Source of the DNA: a virus
Virus record (IMG/VR): IMGVR_UViG_3300023281_001229
Coordinates: 1 to 64,000 of that record
Length of the DNA stretch: 64,000 nucleotides
Strand: one strand, 5' to 3'
Made by a program: the position numbers and the translations under genes. Positions 35,635 to 44,500 of the stretch are shown piece by piece. Positions within the stretch are counted from its first letter, which is position 1, and every line of letters starts with the position of its first letter. The notes under the pieces are model-generated. The model saw only the letters and a list, made by a program, of their open reading frames with translations, was not told where the DNA came from and made no database searches.

Positions 35635-38600
35635 TTATTTTCTTGTTAGTACAAATCCTGCTTTTTCAAATTCTGCTAATTTTTCTGGAGATAAATCAAC
35701 ATCTCCACCTATTTGATAATACTGCCCGCCATACATCATCATTTGAGGTTGACCTCCAAAGGCAGAAAATGTTGTACCTACATTACTATTTACATTAAGA
35801 TTTTGATTATTAAAATCTGTATTATTTCTTGCACCTTGTTGATTATCTAAACCTACTTGCAATTGATTAAAAGAATCCGCCCCTATTAAAGAGCTTTGAG
35901 CTCTCCGATCATTTATTCGTTGGGCTTCAGCATTTTCTCCGGCTTGATCAAAAAATGTAACAGCCTGTGCTGTATTCTTTAACGCTTGCCCCAAATCTCG
36001 TTTGTTGCCCCATTGCATTCCTTGTTCTGTTTCTACATCTACTGTACCAAAACCGTTTAAACCTTGTTTAGCCAAAGCTTCTTCCATAGAAAGTCTTCCT
36101 TGCAAATCCATACCGTTAACAGCTTGTGGAATAGAACCACCAAATGCTCTATTAATTAAATTAACTGCATTAGCTAAAGCTTGTGGTGATACACCGCCTC
36201 CATATGTCATTCCGCCAGCAGCTTCAATATCTCTTTGAAGCATTTCCTCTCGTGATAATTCAGGAAGAGGAGCAGGAACAGAAACAGGCGTTGTTGATGT
36301 TGTGGACTGTCCGTTCTTAATCCACGGTTCTGTAAAAGATTCTGCAGGAGGTTCATTTTGTGGATTTACTACTGGAGCTGGTTCATTTAAAAGTTCAATA
36401 GGTTCTTTATTTATACCTTCTATTTCAGCAGCATAATTTGGATTTTCTCCTATCGGCATACTTGCATTTGAATTTTGATTATTAGATTTACTAAAATAAC
36501 CAGGACTTTTCATCCCTTTACCGTAGTTATCAAGCATCATTTTGTTTTCAAGCTCCGCTTTAGTTCCTGGGACATTACCTACTATAGTAGGTTCTCCAGG
36601 TGTACCAAAAGCCGGTTTTAATGGCATTCTTGTTATTCCAGGATCTGCAGGTGCTCCAGTTGTCATTCCTTTACCATAATTATCCAACATCATTTTTTCT
36701 TGAAGTTGTTCTGTCATTTGAACAGGACCTGTATAATCTTCAGCTGCACTAAAATCAGGAGTAGTTCTTTCTGGAAAAGGACTTCCGTCTTGTCCATATA
36801 CAAAAGAATTAGCAGGGGACGCAGATGCACTATCAGTAGTTGCTAAAGGCGGTTGCTCAAAATATGGACTTCCTTCTACCGGTACAACATTACCGTCTGC
36901 ATCAACTCCAGTTTCTTCAGCTAGTTTACCAGCAGCAATATCTTGATCTATACCATATTGTCTTTCTGCTTCTAAATTTATATCTTCTAAAGATGTTTTA
37001 CCTTTTTTAATATCTCTAAGTTGTTTTTTTGATAAATTCTCTTCGGTCATTGGTTGAAAACCTTGTGAACCAGGATCTCCTGCGGCAGCTGCATTAGCTC
37101 GCATTTGTTCTAATTGAGTTTGGTTTAACGGATCTCCTGCGGCAGCTGCATTAGCTCGCATTTGTTCTAAACTAGAAGGAGCTTCTGTTCCGCCTCTATC
37201 ACCTTTTAATACATCATAAGCCTCATTAGCGGAAACTTGATCTCTACCACGCTGCATTTTTCTGAACTGTCGTTTTTCATTTCTAGTCATGCTGTTTAGC
37301 ATATCTTCTCTACTCATTGCTCCACTAGTACCAGGAGCTGTTCCTTCTTCAGATGCCCCACCTTCTTGAGTACCGTCTGTCAAACCAGTACCGTAATCAA
37401 TATTGTACCTTACACCTCTTCTAGTAGGTTGTCTTCTTACAAATGGATTTAAGTTCTTTAAGAAAGTACCATCTTTTTCTACATATCTTTCTCCAGAACT
37501 TACTCTATACGGTGTACCGTCAGGACCAACTCCAGACATACCTTTCATTTGAGATAAAAAATCTGCACCAGACATACCACCTGGTAAATTGTTACCTCTA
37601 ATTGTTGGGTTACTAAAAGTTCTACCAGTATTACCTAAAAACCTAGCCCATGGATTTGTACCACGTTGGAGTTCGTCCATCATAGTAAATTGTCTTGGAT
37701 CTCTATATCCTACAGTCATATTATTCATGTAAGGGTTGTATCCAGAAAAACCTTGATAATTAACTCCTTGTTGATTAGGTACAATACCAGGAGTCTGTTG
37801 CCAGTTTGGATTTTGGGAACTATTTCCTTGCGCTTGGATTTTTTTAAAACCAGATTTTAAATTATCTATATATGCTTGTTGTTTTTCATTAAATGCTAAA
37901 TCATCATCTGCTGCAGTTTCGCTATTAACATCACTACTTCCGGCAGTTCCTTCAAATTTAGGAAGACCTCCTAAACTTGCAGTAGGTAATCCAGCTTTTG
38001 CAAAAGGATCTCCTTTCATACTTTCATTAAGAGTAGCCATTGCTGTGTTTTGTTTAACAGCATTAACAAACATAGCAGCTCTATCAGAAACATAGTCTTC
38101 TGAACTAGCCGCAGGTGCAGTTAAATTACCACCCCATGCTTTTTTCATAAGCTTTCTAAACATATCACCACCGGCTTTCATTTTGTCCATAGGAACCATG
38201 TAAGTAGGTTGACCTTGAACATTCATATCTGTATAGCCTTTTGTTATCTCCAAATCTTTTTTATATTCTGCCCATTCTGCTGGAGTCATGCCTTCTTTTG
38301 CTGTTGCACCTATACGAGTTTGATGATTTCTTGCAGATTGTTCTGTAGGATCTCTTTCTATTCTTGCATCTTTTTGGCCAAATAGAGCTGACATTGTATA
38401 AGCAGGATTAAAAGCAGGAACAGGAGGTGTTACAGGAGAAGAAGGTACAGGTGGAGGTACAACCCTTTTTAGTGTTTTAGTAATTCCTTCCATTCCTCTA
38501 TCTTCAGATTCTGACACTTCACTTCTTCGAAGTTTTAGTGATTTTAGATGGTTTGCAGATTCTACTTCATTATTTTCATTTAATAATTGCCCAGCCAAAG

Positions 38601-39075
38601 TTCCCATAGTATACCCTGCATCTTTTACTTTTTCTCCATGGTCCCCGCCATGCCACATCATTGGTGGCTGACCTTCTTGCTGTTGCATAGCTGCCATTTC
38701 CTCTGGAGATGGTTGACCTTGCGGTGGGCCTTGAGGAGCACCTTCTTGAGGAGGTCCTGCCTGCATGGCTTGTTCAATTGCCGCTTGAGCTTCTTGTTGT
38801 GGTAAACCCATTTCTACAAAAACTTGCATAATTGCTTCAGGTGGAACTTGTTGTCCTAATAACTCAGCAGCTACATCAGCAGGTTGTGCACCTTGCTGAA
38901 TCATCTGCTCAACCATTTGCATTATTTGTTGCATAGCTTCATCTTGGCCGCCACCTTGTTGAGGAGCACCTTGTTGAGCTTGAGCAGCTGCTTGTTGCTC
39001 CATCATAGCCATTTCTTCTGGACTAATTTGACCACCATCTGCTTTTTTTATAATGTATTTTTTTCTTTGTTCCAT
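35635..39075 (-). CDS. low-complexity putative internal virion protein with multiple GG motifs
   Basis: 1146 aa, Q/P/A/G/M-rich, internal repeats, no Cys seen. Confidence 0.65.
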   Translation of the reverse strand: MEQRKKYIIKKADGGQISPEEMAMMEQQAAAQAQQGAPQQGGGQDEAMQQIMQMVEQMIQQGAQPADVAAELLGQQVPPEAIMQVFVEMGLPQQEAQAAIEQAMQAGPPQEGAPQGPPQGQPSPEEMAAMQQQEGQPPMMWHGGDHGEKVKDAGYTMGTLAGQLLNENNEVESANHLKSLKLRRSEVSESEDRGMEGITKTLKRVVPPPVPSSPVTPPVPAFNPAYTMSALFGQKDARIERDPTEQSARNHQTRIGATAKEGMTPAEWAEYKKDLEITKGYTDMNVQGQPTYMVPMDKMKAGGDMFRKLMKKAWGGNLTAPAASSEDYVSDRAAMFVNAVKQNTAMATLNESMKGDPFAKAGLPTASLGGLPKFEGTAGSSDVNSETAADDDLAFNEKQQAYIDNLKSGFKKIQAQGNSSQNPNWQQTPGIVPNQQGVNYQGFSGYNPYMNNMTVGYRDPRQFTMMDELQRGTNPWARFLGNTGRTFSNPTIRGNNLPGGMSGADFLSQMKGMSGVGPDGTPYRVSSGERYVEKDGTFLKNLNPFVRRQPTRRGVRYNIDYGTGLTDGTQEGGASEEGTAPGTSGAMSREDMLNSMTRNEKRQFRKMQRGRDQVSANEAYDVLKGDRGGTEAPSSLEQMRANAAAAGDPLNQTQLEQMRANAAAAGDPGSQGFQPMTEENLSKKQLRDIKKGKTSLEDINLEAERQYGIDQDIAAGKLAEETGVDADGNVVPVEGSPYFEQPPLATTDSASASPANSFVYGQDGSPFPERTTPDFSAAEDYTGPVQMTEQLQEKMMLDNYGKGMTTGAPADPGITRMPLKPAFGTPGEPTIVGNVPGTKAELENKMMLDNYGKGMKSPGYFSKSNNQNSNASMPIGENPNYAAEIEGINKEPIELLNEPAPVVNPQNEPPAESFTEPWIKNGQSTTSTTPVSVPAPLPELSREEMLQRDIEAAGGMTYGGGVSPQALANAVNLINRAFGGSIPQAVNGMDLQGRLSMEEALAKQGLNGFGTVDVETEQGMQWGNKRDLGQALKNTAQAVTFFDQAGENAEAQRINDRRAQSSLIGADSFNQLQVGLDNQQGARNNTDFNNQNLNVNSNVGTTFSAFGGQPQMMMYGGQYYQIGGDVDLSPEKLAEFEKAGFVLTRK
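37073..37170. repeat. perfect 41-bp direct repeat (57-nt period) encoding LEQMRANAAAAGDP
   Basis: GGATCTCCTGCGGCAGCTGCATTAGCTCGCATTTGTTCTAA at 37073-37113 and 37130-37170. Confidence 0.9.
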
Positions 39076-39084
39076 GTTTAAAAT

Positions 39085-41541
39085 TTAATATTCTTCTAGT
39101 ATATAACCGTTTGATTTATATCTTTCTGCTTGTGTCTTACTCAAATCTCTAACTACTCCACCTTTTTCAAATCCTAGAAAAGGGCTATAACTAGTAGTTT
39201 TTAAAACTGGATTTTTTGGAGGATTAGCTTTATATTTAATTAATTCTTTAGATGCATTATATGTTCGCCTATTTAAAAACTGTTGAGCTTCTTCAGTATT
39301 TTTAAAGTTAGTATTGTATTTTTTATTAACAGCACTTACATCTTGAGTTTTTATAAAAGCATCAGCTTCTTGATTTAAAACTTTATAGTTTTTATTTAAT
39401 TCGGTAAGCTTAACATCTGTGGTAACTTTTACTGGATCAAGAACTTTATCACCTGGTTTTCCAACAATTGCTGTTATTCCTTCACCAGATACATCATCTA
39501 TAACAGCTCCAGGTTTAATTTGATTTGCGGGTACATCAACTACTTCATTAGGCTTTGCTAATACTCTATTTTTTTTTAGATTGTTAAAACTTGTTACCAT
39601 TTCATCTGTACTACCAGAATAATCAAATGGAATTCTAGCTTCTACATTATGACTTCCATAATCTGAATTAATTTTACCCTTTCCTCTAAAAGTATATAAA
39701 GCATCATCACCAGAACTCATATTTTTTAAACCTACTCTTTGCCCTGTTCCTGCATTACCCATAATATCTGTATGACTACCTGTATAAAGAGCCTCTGTAC
39801 TTGCCTCTGGAAATGCAGATGATGCAAAGTCATCACCTGTATAAACATTTCTATTAACAGTTAATTTCTTTTTTATACCATCTCTAACTGCTGCATCTAA
39901 TAAATTAGGATTGTCAATTAAAGCTTGCTCATTTAAAGTTGGTGAAATTAGACCATCCTTTTTTAACTGTTGAATTTTAGTTAAAGCTGTTTCTTGAGTT
40001 GTAACTGCATTAGCTATGTCATCAGTACCTTCAAAAATTTTTGGGTTAATACCTGTAGCACCTTCAATTTGTTCATCCAAATACTGGTAAGGTTTAGTTA
40101 AATAAGTTTCATGTCCTTTTGGAGGATCCATGATGGTATGACTCTTTCTAAAAGTATTTGAAACATCAACTTGAGTTTTACCATCTCCCAAAGTATACAT
40201 AGCCGGTTTATTGGCAATTTCCTCCGGCATAGCTTTTATTGTAGTTGATTTTTTAGGATAAAATATGCTTTTTCTAGGTATAATATATTCATTAGGATTA
40301 ATTCTTTGAGCGTATATGCTCCCAGCTGAACCGTCTACTATAAACCCTTGTTCTTTTTTTAAGGCAACTACATCTTTATTTGTTGTTACATTTTTATTCT
40401 TATTCCAAAATGGTATTTTTACTTCATCAATAATCATGTCATCTCCTTGAAATATACCTGCTCTTGACTCGTTACCTTTTGCATACTGAGCTACTTCGTC
40501 TATATCATCTGTAAACCACTCGCCTTTTTTTTCTACTTTAGCTAATAATTCTTGTTCTTTGGCACTTGCTTTCTGTCCTGCTGAGTAATCTAAATTTTTC
40601 TTGCCAGACTCAGTTCTTACTCTATAAGCTTTTTTAGGCCACACAATTTTATCTACTTTCTCACCAGCTTTATTATAAACACTTTTTATATTTTTTACTT
40701 GAGATGCTCCAGCAGGAAGTACAACGGGAGAAGCCATTAATAAATCTAAACCTGCTGCACCAGCATTAGACCATGACGGATTTTTTATAAGTTCAGGTGC
40801 TGACTGTGTTGCTAATTTTGTAGCACCAGTAAGACCAGTTATTGCCATACCAACTGGAGTAAAAGATGCGGGTACAGAAAATGCAGTATTCATTTTTTTA
40901 GTAGTAGCAGGAATATTTTTATCTATTCTTGCTTTTTTATAATCAGCTTCTTGAGCAGGTGTCATATAGACTTGCTGACCTGCATAGTCTTGTGTATTTA
41001 TATCTTGCCCAGATTCATTCTGAATTGTAAAAGAGGGGTTCCATTCATCTGCTTTATCTATACTTACTAACTTTCTATTAGATGTATAGTCATCCATTGC
41101 ATTTTGTTTAGCAGCTTCTTTTTCATTATCTTGGAATATCTCATATTCTTTACTAGACATTCCTGCAGTTTCTTTTAAAGTTTTTTTAGTATCTAAAGCT
41201 TCTTTATCTGTAACTTTAGTTTGCTGTGACTTACCTAGCTTTACTAACTCACCAGTCTTAGGATTATACCCATAATTACCTGTAAGAAGTCTAGCTTTAA
41301 TTTGATCATTATAAGCACTACTAATATCTACATCTGAACTCCAGTTCCAATCAGCAGTTCCATCTACTTTAGATTTATTATTCTTATATGTAATCAATTC
41401 ATCATCTCCATTTTCTCCACCGTCTTTTAACTCTTTGAGTACATAACCTCCGGCCTCATATTGTTTAACTTCATTATCTGATAGAAGTTTTTCAATACTT
41501 GTAGAATTTTTTGTCCGTAATTTACGCTTACTCTGAGCCAT
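39085..41541 (-). CDS. putative ejected virion protein with a possible ADP-ribosyltransferase-like domain
   Basis: 818 aa, no Cys seen; hydrophobic hairpin (PVGMAITGLTGA..AGAAGLDLLMASP) followed by AYRV..GEWFTDD..VAQYA..NEYII. Confidence 0.55.
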   Translation of the reverse strand: MAQSKRKLRTKNSTSIEKLLSDNEVKQYEAGGYVLKELKDGGENGDDELITYKNNKSKVDGTADWNWSSDVDISSAYNDQIKARLLTGNYGYNPKTGELVKLGKSQQTKVTDKEALDTKKTLKETAGMSSKEYEIFQDNEKEAAKQNAMDDYTSNRKLVSIDKADEWNPSFTIQNESGQDINTQDYAGQQVYMTPAQEADYKKARIDKNIPATTKKMNTAFSVPASFTPVGMAITGLTGATKLATQSAPELIKNPSWSNAGAAGLDLLMASPVVLPAGASQVKNIKSVYNKAGEKVDKIVWPKKAYRVRTESGKKNLDYSAGQKASAKEQELLAKVEKKGEWFTDDIDEVAQYAKGNESRAGIFQGDDMIIDEVKIPFWNKNKNVTTNKDVVALKKEQGFIVDGSAGSIYAQRINPNEYIIPRKSIFYPKKSTTIKAMPEEIANKPAMYTLGDGKTQVDVSNTFRKSHTIMDPPKGHETYLTKPYQYLDEQIEGATGINPKIFEGTDDIANAVTTQETALTKIQQLKKDGLISPTLNEQALIDNPNLLDAAVRDGIKKKLTVNRNVYTGDDFASSAFPEASTEALYTGSHTDIMGNAGTGQRVGLKNMSSGDDALYTFRGKGKINSDYGSHNVEARIPFDYSGSTDEMVTSFNNLKKNRVLAKPNEVVDVPANQIKPGAVIDDVSGEGITAIVGKPGDKVLDPVKVTTDVKLTELNKNYKVLNQEADAFIKTQDVSAVNKKYNTNFKNTEEAQQFLNRRTYNASKELIKYKANPPKNPVLKTTSYSPFLGFEKGGVVRDLSKTQAERYKSNGYILEEY

Positions 41542-41547
41542 AATTAT

Positions 41548-41559
41548 ATAATATACAAA
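41548..41559 (-). promoter_or_regulatory. putative phage late promoter / leader motif TTTGTATATTAT
   Basis: identical 12-mer directly upstream of three - strand genes (41548, 48630, 54502). Confidence 0.55.
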
Positions 41560-41576
41560 AATTAATTCACTTATTG

Positions 41577-41594
41577 TAACTAAAAAATAGTTAC
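41577..41594. promoter_or_regulatory. palindromic intergenic element, copy 2
   Basis: identical to 33241-33258; here it extends to 7-bp arms (GTAACTA/TAGTTAC). Confidence 0.55.
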
Positions 41595-44500
41595 CTAAAC
41601 GAAGTCTGCTGGTTACTACGGGCTAGACTTACTAGTATTTCTACATTAGTGTTTTTGCTTCTTTTTAAAATAACCTTATTGTTATAATGCCTAAACTTTT
41701 TTCTTTGAAGCTGATCTTTATTGTAATTTAAATTAGCTTCATTCAAGTTGCGTATATAACCATTATCTTCTGTTTCCCAAATGTTTTCTTGCACACCTGT
41801 AAACTCACCCCTATCTTTTGTTATATCCCAAAACTGATTAAATCTATATTTCTGTTCTTCTTTAGAGAAGAGTATATCTATATAGTTCAGCTGTACTTTA
41901 GGATAGAGTAGTAATTCTTTAATATTGTTTTTAGGAGTTAAATGCAATTTTAATAAACCTGATACTTGTTCTGAGTTATAAAGTATAGCTTCATCAAATC
42001 CATGATCTAATACATGAAATCTATCAAAACAATTAGAAGTATCATATACATAACTTTCAATGTAGTATTCTATATTTCTAATTGTTCCTACATTGAACTT
42101 AGTATCCGTAGTAAACTCTACTTCAAATGGATATTCTACATCATAGTATTTACAAAAACTAGCACAGGTATTATTGTGTTTCCAGAAACTAGAACCTTTA
42201 GTTGTAAGGAATGTATTCTTTGCACCTAATGATAAATCAGGATGCCAATCGTGGAATGAAATAAACGTTTGCGTCTTTGGATCATAACTTAAAGTCCATG
42301 AGCAGTTATCAAAATAATCTGGATTACCTGCTTTAACTTCTAATACACTGTTTATTAAAAAGTTAGAACCCCCTATATACTCTACACTAACCGGTAGATT
42401 CTTTTTAAGTCGGTAGTCTTTCTTACAGAAATACACTAAGGAATACTCATTATCATATATAGTCTGACACCCTATACCAGATACCGGATTATCTAATACC
42501 TCAAACTCCGGAAAGTCTTTAAGTAACTGATAAGGTAAATACTGATTTAGCCAATACTTATTACTAGACATAGATATCTCTTTCATACCACCCGCATACT
42601 GAAATATCTTTCCTTGATTTAAGTTCATCCAAAACAAACCGGCAGGTGTATTAAGTACAGATAGTCTGCTTTGACAAGAACCGTACTCATAAGTTTTTTC
42701 TGAATTATTTAACTGTTGTAGTTTCCTAGCAAAGAGTTGACCATCACCAAGCGTCACAGCAGCCCCTCCCATTGTCTGTAATTGATCAACTCCCGGTAAC
42801 ATACCTGGAGCCTCATTCTCAAATAAAATCAACGCACCGGTCTTATTTATGGGCTTGACTGAGGAGATGTTACTATCATAATCAGCAAAATTATTCGGCA
42901 AAAATACAGTCCAAAAATCTTTTTTAATTAAACTCAAACCAGCAGCATTAGATCTCTGAGGTAAAGAATACAATAATCTTCTCGGAAACTTAGTATAACA
43001 TGTTTCAGATTTCAAAGGATCATACTCCCTATCTTGTATAACTCCCCATGAAAACTTTTGACTTGCCATAAAACTATGACTCAGGCTTCTGTCATATCTG
43101 TAATAGTTATCTAGCTCTATAAAATCGGTTTTAAATAAAACTTTTAAATCAGATATTACTGGATAATGCTGTTGAGCTTCATCATCTAACCAATCCCTGC
43201 AGTCTACATTAAATTCAGATTCTACAAAGAAATCTCTTACTCCTGAATTAAACAGATACATATAAGCTTTCTTTAATAGAAAGAATCCATTAGTGCCATT
43301 TAATCTATCAAAGCAATGCTTATCAGAAGGAGTAACTATATCAGTAAAAAATGTGTTTATACTACCAGGGTTAGATACTAAATTTCCTAATGCGGCCATA
43401 ACACTTTGAACAAATTCTGCAACATCAAATGGATCAGTATCCATCCAGAAAGCCGTCCAATTAAACATCTGTTCTTTAAAGTAATTAATTACAGCACCAT
43501 CGTTTTGACCGTTAAGCCATCTTTGAAAATAAAGTAATGTATTTTTTTCAGAGTACTTACCTATGTAAGTATCACCTCCAAATAAAGTACCACTGTTTAC
43601 GTTACCTATATCAGACACACAATTTGATGCAAGAACCATTCTAATAGTTTGGAGTTGACCATATTGATTTCGCATCCTTGACTTTAAAGCAACGTAGTGT
43701 GAAGAAGCTCTTCTGTTGTATAAATCAAATACTTTATTAGCAGGTAAAGTTGAAACACGAGGCGGTCTTGAATTATCAGCTAACGCCCCTGTTAAATCTT
43801 CTATATCTTCTGTAGTATCAAAAATAACACATTCATTACGTCCTCTGTTGTTTACAACAAAATTACTTTTAAAATTAACAACACCCCTTTCTAAATATCT
43901 AGAATCTCCTATTAAGCGTCTTCTGTTATTAGCATAAGGAGCAGCAAAATTTTCAAAATGACACAAACTTTGATATTGCAAAGTATGTTGTTGCCAACTA
44001 CCTAAAGCTTGTATTAATTTAATTGTTGTATCTCCTCCTTCAGCAAAGTAACTTAAAAACATAGGATTACCCAATGCAGCAATTGCAGCTTTAAAAAATC
44101 CTGGAGAAGAATCTTGATCTGTATATTCTATTTCAATGCTTCCGGATGTTACTCCTGTAGATGGAATAGAGGCTGCTGTTAATCCAGCACCTTTAAGAGC
44201 TTGTTGTGCACTGACTGTTGTAGAAGCGTTACCTGAGTTTTGACCAGTAAGCCCATCGGCAAATCCTTGTAGACCAACTGTGTTTAAAGCAGCTGTTTCT
44301 GCTGCCGTTAAAGCTGCTCCCGCTGGAATTATGTTACCCGTAGATGTAGAAGTACCTGCAAAAATAGGATCGCTATCAATTGTATATCCTTTATATTTTA
44401 CATTTCGCGTTCCATTCATTTGGGATATAGCATAACCTATACCAACAACAATGGCTGTAATCATAGTGATATCAGTTACAAACTTATGTCTAGGATGACC

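Noticed and set aside
31204-37170. 36-41 bp direct repeats as a possible CRISPR array or DGR template/variable pair
   Set aside because: Only 2-3 copies, in frame within coding sequence, no unique spacer series, no adenine-specific mismatches and no cas or reverse transcriptase gene in the window
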